Positions 22,659-35,095 of a stretch of DNA of 64,000 bases are shown here, in pieces; the stretch's first letter is position 1; the number at the start of each line of letters is the position of its first letter. The position numbers and the translations under genes were made by a program. The notes beneath the pieces are model-generated. The model did not search any database. It was not told where the DNA came from and worked only from the letters and a program-made list of their open reading frames with translations. This DNA comes from Plasmodiophora brassicae (Eukaryota): assembly GCA_036867785.1 (NCBI GenBank), contig CP145419.1, positions 806,001 through 870,000 on the forward strand. Direction: 5' to 3'.

Positions 22659-24824
22659 ATGCCAGACTGGCGAATGCGTCGCCAATGGTTACATGGCGTT
22701 GATGGTCTGACGAGATCGACAGCGGCTGCCGTCGCGGCCCTGGCCGTGATCGCCATCTGCATCACGGTCGACCTGCGCCGCAAGGTCCTCGTGTCGACCT
22801 GCGCCCGATCGGCTACGGCACCACGCGTGACCCACGTCGAGTTTGCGGGCGTCCACCACCACCGATACCACCTGTACCGAATGCGACCCAGGGCCCTGGA
22901 CACACCCACCGCCGACACCGTCATCGTGTTCGTCCCCGGGCACAACGCCCACTACGGTTCCGCCGTCAACCTGCTGGCCGCATCCGTCAACTCCCATCGA
23001 TCCATTCTTTACTTCACGGTGGACCTGCAGGGCGACCCGTCGGCCCTAGACGCAAACGTTGCCACCGACGCGGCCGTCTTTGTCCACGAGTGCGTCTCGG
23101 CCCTGCACCGGCAGTACCCGGGCGTCCCCATCAGCGTCATCGGGCACTCCATGGGCGGCGTCATCGCCAGAGCGGCGCTGGCGCGGTCGCCGCCCATCCC
23201 GGCTGCGTCGTTGCTGATCACGCTGAACTCCCCGCTGCGTATGCACCCGTTCGCCCCCGACGCGCGTTTCCAGCGGCTGTACGACGTGAGCGCTCCTGAC
23301 AACGTCGCCGTCGTCTCGGTCGTCAGCGGGTACCTGGACACAACGGTGCACTCCTCGCTTGGCATTGCCGATCTGGCGCTGACGATCTTCACGGGGTCCA
23401 TCCCGACCGTCTGGACCGACCTGGGCCACGACGCCGTCCTGCGCTGTGCCACCCTGGGCGTCAAGCTGATCGACGCGGCGACGACGACGACAATGACGAC
23501 CACTACCAACACCAGCGAGCGCCTCGCGTCGATTCGGGCGATCCTGCTCGGCCCCGACCGGCAATCCTCCCGTCAATGTGGAGCCCTGCTCCCGATGAAC
23601 GTCGCGCCGGTGCCGTCGGGCGCCTTGTGCTCGACCCGTGTCCGGCACCTGTCGCTCGCGTACGGTGCTCGACCGACCGAGATCCAGCGCACGGCGACAG
23701 CCGTCCTGACGTCGCCGGCCACGTCGAACTGGCACCGGTACTTCCTCGAAGGGTTCCTGCCGATCGTGTCCACGTTGCGGGTCGCCGGACCACCGTCCAC
23801 GATCTTCGTCAGGACGTCGGAGACGTTCACGGGGGAAGGGCGGTGGTTCAGGCGGGCGTCTGGCGCATTTCCGATCGCGTTCCATCCTAGTGGCGCGAAT
23901 GGCGTCATCGTCACGTTGTTCCTTGACCCGAAGGCGACGTACGTGGTGTCGCTCCAGGTCGATTTGCTGGGCACGCTCGTGAACGCGCTGCGGTACGCCG
24001 GGTGGGCGTCGCTCTTCCCCGCCTGTGCCGTCCTCGTCATGTACCGAGGCGCGAACGTGCTGCAACACCCGGTCGTGTACGCCCTGGGCGTCCCGTGCGT
24101 CTCCTGGGCGATCTCGACAGGGGCAGCGTGCCTGTTCGGCTCGGCGATGCCTCCGTTCGGTCTCCTCCTAGTCCACATCGTGTTCTGGGTCGCGTCGGCG
24201 ATCTTGGTCGTCCTGTTGTTCCTGTACACGCGCTTCCAGTCGTCGACCGTTAAGCGCCGGTCCCTGGCGCTGTTAACACCCGGCAACCGACGACGGCTGA
24301 TCGCGAGTCTGGTGCCGATCCTCGTCGGGTTGACGTTGTGCGTGTCGCCCTGGGCGACAGTGGCGCTGGTCTGGATCGTGTTCACGATCGTGTCGCCCAG
24401 CGCCGCCGTCGTGCCCGGCCTGTACGGGCTGGTGGTGCTCCTGAAGACGCCGGCGGTGATCGCGGCGATTCTCTGGATGCACAAGTCGCGGTCGCTGGTG
24501 TGGTTCAACCCGGGCGGCCATGGGCACGGCACGCTGCTGTCGCCGGACGTCTTCATGGTCGTGCCTTTGCTGGCGCATATGTTGATTGCGATCGGGACCG
24601 ACGTCGACGGCTACACGTTCCCGGCCCGGATTCGCGGCGTGTGCCTGGCGGGCGCGCTCGTGTCCGCCGCCATCCAGTTCAGGATCTTCCTGCTGGCGTA
24701 TGTCATCACGGCGCTGTCGTACTGCTTCCTGGGCGATCTCGCCTACCAGCAGTGGCAACGGGCCGTCCAAATCCGACTACGGAAACGCAGGTCGCTGCTT
24801 CCCGACGTCGGAGATCAGTCGTAG
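22659..24824 (+). CDS. PGAP1: GPI inositol-deacylase (PGAP1/Bst1 family)
   Basis: VIVFVPGH, YFTVDL, lipase motif IGHSMGGVIARA, LITLNSP, SGYLDTTV, VWTDLGHDAVL; multi-TM C-terminus; single long ORF. Confidence 0.88.
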   Translation: MPDWRMRRQWLHGVDGLTRSTAAAVAALAVIAICITVDLRRKVLVSTCARSATAPRVTHVEFAGVHHHRYHLYRMRPRALDTPTADTVIVFVPGHNAHYGSAVNLLAASVNSHRSILYFTVDLQGDPSALDANVATDAAVFVHECVSALHRQYPGVPISVIGHSMGGVIARAALARSPPIPAASLLITLNSPLRMHPFAPDARFQRLYDVSAPDNVAVVSVVSGYLDTTVHSSLGIADLALTIFTGSIPTVWTDLGHDAVLRCATLGVKLIDAATTTTMTTTTNTSERLASIRAILLGPDRQSSRQCGALLPMNVAPVPSGALCSTRVRHLSLAYGARPTEIQRTATAVLTSPATSNWHRYFLEGFLPIVSTLRVAGPPSTIFVRTSETFTGEGRWFRRASGAFPIAFHPSGANGVIVTLFLDPKATYVVSLQVDLLGTLVNALRYAGWASLFPACAVLVMYRGANVLQHPVVYALGVPCVSWAISTGAACLFGSAMPPFGLLLVHIVFWVASAILVVLLFLYTRFQSSTVKRRSLALLTPGNRRRLIASLVPILVGLTLCVSPWATVALVWIVFTIVSPSAAVVPGLYGLVVLLKTPAVIAAILWMHKSRSLVWFNPGGHGHGTLLSPDVFMVVPLLAHMLIAIGTDVDGYTFPARIRGVCLAGALVSAAIQFRIFLLAYVITALSYCFLGDLAYQQWQRAVQIRLRKRRSLLPDVGDQS

Positions 24825-25527
24825 AGCACTATATTGTTAAATAATATTCTTCACAGTAACTCCTCTAGAGATCCGTGTCCAGATGACCCGCTTCTCCAAT
24901 CACCTCTGTCTGTGCGGGACCATCTAATTAAGAATAGGTTGATGGCGCGAAAGTGGCATCAGAGGCCGTCCTGGACGAGTCTCAATCCGTACAACGTGGC
25001 CGTTCAGGAGCACCGATCCACACGATCGTTGGCATCACCCCAAAAGTCTGCTGGCAGCGTCTACATCAACAATCCTCACACGAGCTAGTTTCTTCGCTCA
25101 GCAATGTCATGCAGTATTGATGTCAAGCCGTGACAAGCAAATGCGGCGCCGAGAAAGGCCTACACGAGAGTCATTGCTGCCGTTGACGTCGTGGTTACCA
25201 AGGCCGGAGTGGGCTCAGGCCTGTATTTCGCCTTGCGCCCGAACAAGGGCACGCAGCTAGCCAGTGCATTCAATGTCGACCTTGATGTCATTTTCGAAAT
25301 GTTCCACGATGCTGACGCGAGGAACGCCATCGTGGCATTCGATATTTGTTCTGAGGACGTGGGGCGAAAAGCACGTCGTGTCAGACATGCCTACATATGT
25401 ACATAGGGCTATCCTGTTCCGGACAGGATCATACTGCGCGCGGACAGCCCAGGCCATGGAAAACCTGCGCCCCTGGCCTGGCGCTTTCTGCAAGCTGTTG
25501 CTGGTGCATCCACGAGCGACGTTGACA

Positions 25528-26442
25528 ATGGAGCTTTGGAAACTCTTCGCGTTGGTCTTCGCGTTCTTAGCCGGCCGCTGCGCTCTCGGTGCCGACGACG
25601 ACGTCGACAGCGACGTAGCCAGGACCCGAGACTTCGACCTGAATATGGCATGGGATGCCCATCGAGACCCACATCACGGCATGACGTCGAACGCGGTGCC
25701 CAACCACGCCCACCCTCCTTTCATGGTCGCTGATGACATCTCACAGGGAACAAACGATATCGGCAACCTGGGCGACGAAGTGGCGATGTCAACGGCAGCG
25801 TTGGGCCGAGGTCGTGTTCCAGCGTCGTACGCCATCGGTCACCAGCTCAGCGGCATCCCAAACTGGGCACCGGCGAACGTCGTCAGGTGCATGCCTGACT
25901 TTGGTAGGCAGGATTCCGTGGCCGACAGTCAACACCAGCCTACGACGTATAACGTTGGTGCTGGGGCGACCATATCCTGGACAGCTGCAAAGGACACACC
26001 AGATACGTGTATCCATTGCGGCAACCAGCTACCCAGATTTTCGTGTACCCATTGCGGCAAGCGGCTGTCCAGCGCATTTAGCCTAAGGCGGCACCTGACA
26101 ACCCACTACAAGCAACAGCAGAATACGATGTCTAACGTTGATGCTGGTGCGTCGACATCCGCTTCGGTCCCAGACAACACACACGTTACGGGTATCCATT
26201 GCCGCAAGAAGGTATCCCACCAAGGTAAGCTGCAGCGGCACCAGGCGCCCAGTTGCACGGTTACGTTCTCAAGGTGGTGCACAACAGTTACGTGTGTCGA
26301 TTGCGGCAAGCAGGTACTCGGCAGAAGTCTAGCGCGGCACCAGAAACGCAGTTGCCCGGCACTCCTGCTGCGCAAGTCGTATTGCCCACATTGCCGACAC
26401 CAGGCCGAGTTCAGCCGCCCTGATACCATGGGCCGGTCGTAA
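25528..26442 (+). CDS. Predicted secreted C2H2-type zinc-finger protein (304 aa), candidate effector
   Basis: Signal-peptide-like MELWKLFALVFAFLAGRCALGA; DFDLN motif; canonical finger FSCTHCGKRLSSAFSLRRHLTTH; further fingers CVDCGKQ...LARHQKRSC and CPHC...FSRPD. Confidence 0.8.
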   Translation: MELWKLFALVFAFLAGRCALGADDDVDSDVARTRDFDLNMAWDAHRDPHHGMTSNAVPNHAHPPFMVADDISQGTNDIGNLGDEVAMSTAALGRGRVPASYAIGHQLSGIPNWAPANVVRCMPDFGRQDSVADSQHQPTTYNVGAGATISWTAAKDTPDTCIHCGNQLPRFSCTHCGKRLSSAFSLRRHLTTHYKQQQNTMSNVDAGASTSASVPDNTHVTGIHCRKKVSHQGKLQRHQAPSCTVTFSRWCTTVTCVDCGKQVLGRSLARHQKRSCPALLLRKSYCPHCRHQAEFSRPDTMGRS

Positions 26443-27109
26443 CAAACCCCAGAAATGAGCAGGCACCGCTCTTTTCGACGAATGCACAGAGACCTCAGCG
26501 CTCTTTTATACGAATTGGCTGGTCGTACCTCGCTGGACGTATACCGGACGGCACGGTTCACACGGAAGGGGACGTCGCTGGCCCAGTCGCCCGCCTACGT
26601 TCGGCAGGGGTCACCGCAGCAGGATGCTGGCAAACGCAGGGCTGGCACGATGACCCGAAACGTCGCCATTTCCAGACGTCGACGTCTGCCTGCAGGTGAC
26701 AGGCAGGTCGAGCAGCGTCCAGACAGGCGCAGGGCGCGCGCCGTCTTGGAACCGCACCGTGACGTAATAACCTGCCCGGGCCGTGAGAAGCCAGTGTCCC
26801 ATGACCCCATGCATGTGTCCGTGATTTCGTCATGCAGGCAGGCCCCTTTGGTGTTGCCCCGCTAGCAGACTGCCGCCGGCACACGACGGGTAATCGACAG
26901 GGCCTACCCCATGCTACCAGCAGCGCGGTTACAGGAGACGACCGGAACCTGCGACGAGGGGCCCAAGGTCTTGTCAGAGTGATTGAGGCTGTGAGCCCCG
27001 CGACGATAGCATCCGCGCTCGTCATGCCGTCGACGTCGGGGTCGATCTTCGGCAACATCTGCAGGGGCCACGACGTGCCATCCCTGACGGGGGGAGGGCG
27101 AACGCTGTA

Positions 27110-27664
27110 TTAGTTAGAGCAGCCGCGGCAACCACAATGGGTGCACTCCACCGTGCGGTCCTCCGGCAGGGATTCCTTCGGCACGCGGCAGATGCAGGTC
27201 GTACCGAAGTTATGATCCCTGGTCTGGATGCACTGCAGGCAGCACAGGCGTTCGTAACCTTGCTGGCAAGGCGGGCCGTCAGACCATGTCGCCAGCGACG
27301 CACGCGTCCCCGCCGATGCCGTACCTTCTTCCATTTGGCAATTAGGGCCGCATCGGCGTGCTTCTCCCGCAGACAGAAGTCGTAGACCTCGCGTGATATC
27401 TTCCGGTCCTGCCACATGTCGAATATGTACCTGGAGCGTTCATGGGTGATCCGGAATATGGGCCCTATCGAGCAACGCGCAGCGTCAGTGGCAGGCGCAT
27501 GCGCTTGCGCGCGCTCCATCCTGACAGAGCGCCTCGTTCTTGCGCTTGCCGTCATGCGACTCCGTCTCCGCATCACGCATGCGCTGGTTGAGCTCCTCGA
27601 GCGTCTCCTCGAGGACGTCGAACCCGTCGGGCACCCGTGTCCGCGCCGTCCTGATCCGCGGCAT
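27110..27664 (-). CDS. BUD31: Splicing factor BUD31/G10, 3 exons
   Basis: MPRIRT...[24 protein letters not shown]...[20 protein letters not shown]...[11 protein letters not shown]...[10 protein letters not shown]. Confidence 0.96.
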
Positions 27665-27849
27665 CACCGCCGCCGGGGTTCGCAATCACCGCCACGGACT
27701 TCGACGAGCACCGGTACGTACATACGTCCCGCGATCCCCCAGGTCGCTCGGCAACCTGATTTGCGTGCAAACCCTCCAGCCACCGCCCGCCCCAGGCACG
27801 CGTCAGTCGCAGGCGGGACCAGGACGTCCCATGCGGCGTGCCCCGCAGG

Positions 27850-29990
27850 ATGGAGTCGGCGTCCTGTGGCGGCGCTGGACGGCGAGGTATGCGCGGCGAC
27901 CCGCGTGCGCCGTCGGAGGTCGGCAGTCGCGGAGTGCGCGCGCCCCGAGGCCTCTCCCACGAGGGTTCCTTGCGTGTCCTGACCGATGGTGGCCCGATGC
28001 CATCCCGAGTCGGGCGGCAGGAGCGTCGGCGTCGGCGGCGGCGAGCATCGCGATCGGCGCACGCGTCGCTGCACGTCTGCGCGGAGGACCGTCGAGGCCA
28101 TCCTGAAGGCGATCGGGAAGCAGGTATACGCGCGGTGGCCGGGAACTACGCGCCCCCCCGGTCGTGAACTCGTCAGCAGGTCGTGCCGTTCGTACTGCCC
28201 CGTCACGTTACGAGCCTTCGTGCCGTCGCGCTACATGATACGATCGTGGATGCCATCGGCACTCAGGTGGCCGCCCTCTCCCCTGTTGCCGTCGGCCGGA
28301 TGCCCCGCGTCTGACCGTGGCGGCGCCCCAGATTGTCCCGTTCTCGTTGCCCCATCACATCCTGAGCGCCAAGGAGCCCGCGTTCCGCTGGATCAGGCAG
28401 AGTCAGTGGCGTGCTGCCGCCCCGTCCCTGTGCCTGTTGACCGTCTCATTGCGTGCTGCCAGATCACTATGGGACGGTGCCGAAGCCGAAACCGCTGCCG
28501 CCGGACGAGACCGCCATTTGCGACTGTGCCGCACATGGCGGGTGCTGCAACGACGACTCGTGCCTGAACCGAATGCTGCTGTATTCGTGCCCACGTACCC
28601 AGGATGCGTCTTGCTGCGTTGGGTATGCAGCGTCTGACACGACCGTCTAGCGCACTGCCCTGTCGGGGACCGCTGCCATAATCGGTTCCCGAATGGGAAA
28701 TCGGGCGATGCACCCGCAGAGCGCTTCCTGACGGAATCCACAGGATGGGGTCTTCGTGCCACGGCGCCGATCCTGGCAGGGCAGTTTGTCATTGAGTATC
28801 GCGGTGAGGTCATCTCGCAGGCTGATGCGGAGGCGCGCATGGAGAAGGCCTTTTCTGACGGTCCGCGATTCGCCATTGTCACGCTGCACTGCCCGTTGAG
28901 CGCCCCCCTCGTCGTATGCAGGCTTCAGGGATACGTACATCATGCATCTCGGCAACGATATGCTCCTCGACGCCCGGCACATGGGATCCGATGCCAGGTT
29001 CATCAACCACAGGTACGTTGTGGCGTACACCGTCTTCGTTTCCAGCGACCGACCTCGCTATTCGCATCTCAGCTGCAATGCCAATTGCCATGTGCAAAAG
29101 TGGAAGGACGGCAGCGTCGAACGCATCGCCATCTTCGCCAGTCGGGACATTGCCGCTGGCGAGGAAATCACGATGGACTACGCGTTCGATGACGCGCGCT
29201 GCCAAATCAAATATGACTGGTAACCTGCCTGTTCTCGTCTTGATCGCTGCGTACGCTGAGAGCACCCGGTCCATCGCAGCCGATGCGGTGCTTCAAGCTG
29301 TCGGCGCCTGATAGGCCGGCGCGACATGTCTGACGCCGATCTTCATCAAACGGTTTGATTGTTTCCACGACGAAGGTTGCCATGGGCTAACGCGTGCGTG
29401 TAGGTTGCGTCCGACGACGAGTGTCTCGAATGCGGTCAGAATGGGTCCCTGTTATTGTGCTCCTTCTCTCAGCGGGGTGTCGTATGTCACCGAGCGTTCC
29501 ATCTCGAATGTGGCGGTTTGACCCAGGTGTGCGCTGATGTTCCCGTCTTGCCTCCATGTTGCTGATCAAAGGTGTATGCCAGATGCCCGACCGCAGCGCG
29601 ACCTGGTTCTGCCCCTGCCACACGTGCGACGTGTGCATGAGTGGAGCCGTCATCGTCCAGTGCGCCGTACGCTAATGCGTCGTTGCTGAACGGATCATGG
29701 CCTAACGTCGATGACCTGGCAGACGTGCTGTTCTGCCTGGTGTCGACGGCACTGCTCTCCACTAGTCCCGACGCGCCCCGATCGTGCCATTGTGTTTCGC
29801 CATTGCCGACGTTGCGCAGAGGTTGGCATCTGTGCTGCATTGTTTGCTGTTCCTAGCTGTATCGCTTATGCCCTCTGGGCAGGACGGCGGCTCGTCCGAG
29901 TACCTAGCGTCGGCGATCTGGAAGCACCTGCTCCGGGATCACGACGCCTATTCCGTTCCGGTCGAGTTCTCGTTACCGTTCCGGAGGTGA
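27850..29990 (+). CDS. NSD/ASH1/SET2-type histone lysine methyltransferase (AWS-SET-postSET plus PHD/C5HCH-like fingers); ends approximate
   Basis: CLNRMLLYSCP, GWGLRA, FVIEYRGEVI, ARFINH-SC, GEEITMDY, CRCGASSC; downstream DDECLEC...FHLEC...WFCPCHTCDVC resembles the NSD PHD5-C5HCH module. Confidence 0.85.
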
Positions 29991-30157
29991 CTGAATCGCG
30001 CACCGCTACCCACATTGTCTGAAATGAAAGCCTCTACCGTCGTCATCGATGCAATTATGCTGGTCGTCGTCTGCAGATAGGGATGTACGTAGCAATAATA
30101 CAGTGTGTAGGGTGCGGATAGCGAATAAATACGTGGAGCTGGCGTCCCCTGACATCA

Positions 30158-33100
30158 TCAAGGTGTCGGCATGCTGTCGTCTGAGTCGGATGTCGACAAT
30201 GTGGACGGTACGCCTATAGACGACGCGCGCGTTAGTCCTCTGACGACCACGACGCGCGTTGTGCGACTACCTCGAAGGACAAGACGACGGCGCGAAAGCG
30301 GGATCTCCCCATCGCTGACGTTGCCGGGTTGTCGCACAACTGGGATGAACTCGCCGGACGACAAGCAGTCGGGCCCGCTGGTCGCCATGGACGACCAGCT
30401 GGCTGCCGACGAACCGTCCGACTCGCTTGAGTCGCTGCTGGGGTCGTCCGAGGCCTCGAGCAGTGCAATCGAGAGCGTCGGGCGCATTAGGTTGTTCGGC
30501 GTGACGATACGTCCCGACGACACGGTAGAGGGCGCTGGAGACGCAGCAGGAGCCACTGCCGGTGGAACAACCGGTCCAAAGCACAGGTCGGGTGCCGCAG
30601 CGACTTGGATGACGACGGCGATGCCATCCCCGGACGGAACGCACAGGACCCGGACCTCGTCGTCGACGTCGTCCCGGTGACGCGGTGCACGACCCTCGCT
30701 GCCGTCTTCGTCGCTGCCGTACTCCTCGATGAGCGCCGGCGGGTCGGGATGAATGATCTGGGCGTCGAAGTCGCCCTCGACCTCGCTCCCGTAGTCGGTC
30801 ATGTTCGACTGGTCGAACTCGAGCGCGTTCTCGTCCTCGTCGATGTTCTCCATCTCGAACTTGTCGACGCGGACGATTTCGTATGGCATAGGGATCGACT
30901 GGCGATGACCACCGCGCGCCTGCAGGTTAACAGCAGGGCCCAGCGCAGAAGGCCTTCTGGGAGGTTCGCGTTGCCGCACCTGGCGAAGTGAATCGACGAC
31001 GACGGCCGCCTGCTGATGTTTCGGCATGGGGACGTCGACGCTGTGCGCCTCCGGATACAGGACCACGGGCGGTATCGACCCGAGAATCTCGATGGACATT
31101 GCGACCACTGTGATCATATCGCACCCCGCCCGGATCGTCAGCGGATGCAGAGACAGGCGCACCAGATCCGGCGATATGACGTCGATGTCTCCGTTGCACG
31201 TGGTGTCAGCACAGGCGTCACGAGGTTCCACAGGACGATCCCCGTGCGGGTCATCGTAGGAGAGACACAATCGCAACAGCAAGTTGAGGATCGACGGATC
31301 ACTGGCGTTTGCCGGAGGCGCAGGCGACGCAGGCTTGGCAGGCGGGATGATAATATCAGCGACAGGATACGTAATGGCGGTGGCGTTCAGTGCCAGCTCA
31401 TCGAGAATGACTTGTTCGGTCAGCTCGCGTAGGCTGTCGTGGTCAAGCAGTTCGGTCGGGAGGTAGTCGGCGCGGTCGTTGGCTGGACCCACAACCTCGC
31501 TGATGACGCGTTGGCATACCGAGTCCAGGATGCTGCAACCGCTCTCAGGCCGGGCAGCAACTTCATCGTCCTCCCATCTGTCGCCGATCTCCGGTACAGC
31601 GATTGACTCTTCTGGTGTACCTGCAGGGCGACCACGCGACTGTTTCGAATCAAGGACCTACCGGACCATACCATGGTCGTTAGAAATCGACACTACACGC
31701 GTAGACATGGCAAAGTACGAACCGTGAACGGGAAGCCGTTGCCAGGAACAATAGTGGAGCTGAAAGGCAGCGTGACAATAGGAACAGGACTGGGGACGGC
31801 GGCAGCGGGATCGAGCACTTTCTCCTCGGGATCCGTAATGGTACTTTGTCCACACGTGGCCACTGGAGCGGGAGGCGCCATCGTCGGTCGTAAAGCGTCC
31901 ACGTCGGGTTCAAGCTCCCTTGCCGGCGCTGGAGCAGGTGGGGGACCCACCTGAACTGTTGGCGCCTGGGAAGCATCACCAGAGACTGGTTTCGTTTCGA
32001 ACGTCGTCACCGCCGCTTCCTCCTGAATGGTTTCGAGCTGTCTGGCCAGCGCGGCTAAATGCGCAGGGCGAACGTAAGTTCGTCGAACTGGCGGCTTACG
32101 CTTCTTCTTGACGGCCTGCTCGACGTAGACCCTATCGAGTAATGCGATTGGGGTTAGAACCTGGGCGGAGCTGCCATGAACCGTTAGGCACTCACTTCTG
32201 CTGGCCTTCCATCCATCGACCAAACGCGTTAGGGTCGACATTCTCGTCCAAGGTCGCGCTCCTTTTGCTGCCGGTCCTTGATGCCACAACACTTGATTCT
32301 CGATTCGATACGGGTGCAGGTCTGCGAAAGCGCGTTAGCGTGCACTATCTGGCAGCCACACATCGACCCAATACAGTGTTTCTTTCGTTGACGTGTGCGA
32401 AGTGGCTCGCGACTTGGACGGTGGCGCTGTCTGACGTCGGTTCCCGGCAGATGGAGATACTCTCCGTACCAGACACGTCTTGTTGTCAACACTGGGCTTG
32501 GTTCGGTCAACACCTTTCGACAAGAGGCGCTCCTCGTTGAGCTCTGCGCGTATTCGAGCGCGCGCCACATACAGTTCGCGAACACGAGCCTCCATCTCGT
32601 TGTAATCAAACGAGTCCGAATATCGCGACTTGCCGGAGACGGTCTTGCGAACAGGATCGTCCGTGCGCGAGAAGCGACTCGGGGCAATTCCCTGGCATTC
32701 CCTGAGGACGGCCAGTTGCTGTAGTTCTTCAACACGATGCGCCGCCTGTTCCGTCTGTTCCTGGATGCTTTGGGCGCACGATGCTGCGTGCTCCTCCAGC
32801 TCGGCCATTTGGCGTTCCATCGATGATACATCGACGCGAACACGTTCGAGACGCGGGCGACTGAGGCCGACCGCGTCCAATTGTTTGGACAGTTTGCTGA
32901 CTGCCGCCCCGATGGATTCCAAACCAGGAAGAGCACCTGCCGGTTCGCTGGGCTGGGCCACTGGTTTCGCCTTGGTTTCGTCCACGAACTCCTGGATGGC
33001 GTGCATCTGCCTCTCGTGCATCACCTGCAATTCGCGATGATGCTGCTCGATCAGCGCCTCTTGACGTCGACTGTGCTCCGCCTGCGACCGGATCGCTTCT

Positions 33101-33894
33101 TTCGCGAACGCCTCCTGGATGGCAGCAACAGTATCCAGTACCGCTTCCGTACTGATGCGGGGCGCCATCTCAAACGCCGACTCGTCCGAAGGATGCCCAA
33201 CACCATCATGGCCATCGTCGTACGTAAAGTCGGCCTCTTTGATGGTCGGGGGCGACGCCGGCTTCGGTCTGATCAGTACCGGTACGGGCGTAGGCGTTGC
33301 CATGTTTCGACTCGTAACCGTCTGGTCCTTCTCAGGTGCGGCTACAGGTTGACGTGTCGCTCCCTGTACGGGAGGACGCCTTGGCGACCTGGCTGGTTTC
33401 GCTGGCAGCACCTCCGGTTTCGTGGACGGTTGGTGACGGAAGACGGCAGGCGACTTAGACGAACGCGCCTGACGAGCTGGTTTAGGACCGGTTACGATGA
33501 CGGGCGATCGGGTGAACTTGGTCCTGGGCGAACGTTGACACGCGTCGGTGTTTGCGGCCGCCTTCCCAGGACGGCGAGGGTTCGGCGTCCTCACAGGCGA
33601 GCCGTTTGGCGCGGCAAGGAACGCGTGGACGGCATCGACGAAAGCGGAATCGTTGCCAACGTTCCCGAACAGCTGCCGTAGGCGTTCGTCACGAACGCAC
33701 AGGTCCGCCTGATCGTCACTGACGAGATGGGCGGCCAGGCAGGCACGCATCGGCCCGACCAGGTCGGCAACGGGCGCGTGCCGCTCGACGACGACATCCG
33801 GCGTCGACACGGCCGTCAGCCCGGACACGAACACGCCGCCAACGCCGGGCACACGTCGTGGCGACGGCGATGAACGGGGTCGCCGCACCGACAT
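30158..33894 (-). CDS. Large low-complexity/coiled-coil hypothetical protein, multi-exon
   Basis: Three long same-strand ORFs (32335-33984, 31693-32292, 30158-31492), Pro/Ser/acidic with coiled coil; DERLRQLFG is weakly SWIB-like. Confidence 0.6.
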
Positions 33895-34149
33895 CCAAAA
33901 TGACAGGACTAGGAGTGTCTGATTTATTGAAATATCACGACACGGACGCGACGGCACTGGCCCCCGCGGTGGAAGACAATGCACAGCCCATCGCGCCAGT
34001 CATCTTGCCACTGCGAACTGCTGTGCAGGGATGTGCAGTTCGCGTTACTGGCAGGCGGTGCGGTCGCTGAGGTAGAAAATGACGGTAGGGGAGCGCCGAG
34101 CGCCCGACGCGCGCAGGGCGCACGCAGTCCGTCGACGGCACGTGTCATC

Positions 34150-34515
34150 ATGTCGAAGAAGGAGTCGGTGCTCGACCTGAACAAGCATCTCGACCAGCCC
34201 GTGCTGGTGAAGTTCGCCGGCGGTCGCGAGGTTACAGGAATCCTGAAAGGTGCGGGTGTGGTGTGTGTGAGTGTTGTTGCCCTGTCGATGATCGTGACGG
34301 TCGTCACAGGGTATGATCCGCTCGTCAATATCGTGCTGGACGAGACCGTTGAGTATATCCGAGAGGCGGATGACCCCTACCGTCTGACCGACCAGACACG
34401 TAACCTGGGCCTTACGGTCTGCCGTGGCACGGCCGTCATGCTGATCGCGCCCGTCGCCGGATCCCAGGAGATCGACAACCCGTTCGTCCAGAACGAACAG
34501 CCGTCGTTGACATAA
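34150..34515 (+). CDS. LSM7: U6 snRNA-associated Sm-like protein LSm7
   Basis: MSKKESVLDLNKHLD...VKFAGGREVTGILKG|YDPLVNIVLD...TRNLGLTVCRGTAV...EIDNPF; 60-nt intron 34250-34309. Confidence 0.96.
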   Translation: MSKKESVLDLNKHLDQPVLVKFAGGREVTGILKGAGVVCVSVVALSMIVTVVTGYDPLVNIVLDETVEYIREADDPYRLTDQTRNLGLTVCRGTAVMLIAPVAGSQEIDNPFVQNEQPSLT

Positions 34516-35095
34516 ACGCGTTGTTCCTGCCAATCTGTGCTGCGACGGCGAAGATAGGTTTATTTGTTGTCCACGTTGCCGTTGCGCCCGCCGAGTGCAG
34601 ACCTGGCCGCCGATGCGTGGTACAGAGGGGAGTGGCTGCGCTGATGTGAAACGTGATCGGTCGTCGCCGACTGGACGCAGAGATTGGCGGGAAATGTTTT
34701 ATCGTCCCGCGGGACGACGCGAGGTTTTCGTCCCGCGAGAGTCGAGACGAATCCGCATTGTCGACCCGCGCAGGATGTGCCTAACGCGCTATTCGATTCA
34801 TCGTGCACCAATCCTCGGCGGTCGTCGTTTTGGTCGTGACAAGCAGGTCAGGACACGTAAGATTCATGCAGTTAACGTTAACTATATGTACCATCAACAC
34901 TGTCTGCAGACTGAGCCTCATTCACTTAATGACGGAAGTGACCGGGAACAATGACGTCGCTGCGAAATTGTGGAGTGGGTGGCACCCCTCGTCGCGCCGT
35001 CCCCTAGCGGCTAGCGCTACGGAATTCCATATTGCGGCACCGCTGGTTGATCATGGCCGTTCCAGATGACAATGGCCTCTGGGCCACGATCGGAG

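Noticed and set aside
24860-25410. AT-richer segment upstream of the zinc-finger gene, possibly a relic
   Set aside because: No motif I can assign; frames are interrupted.
26960-27090. Possible third relic of the zinc-finger family on the minus strand
   Set aside because: Only an ~11-bp match (ACGGCATGACG), compatible with chance.
33979-34515. 178-aa extended LSm7 with a hydrophobic insertion
   Set aside because: The insertion is a stop-free 60-nt GT-AG intron and the N-terminal extension starts at an unsupported upstream ATG.
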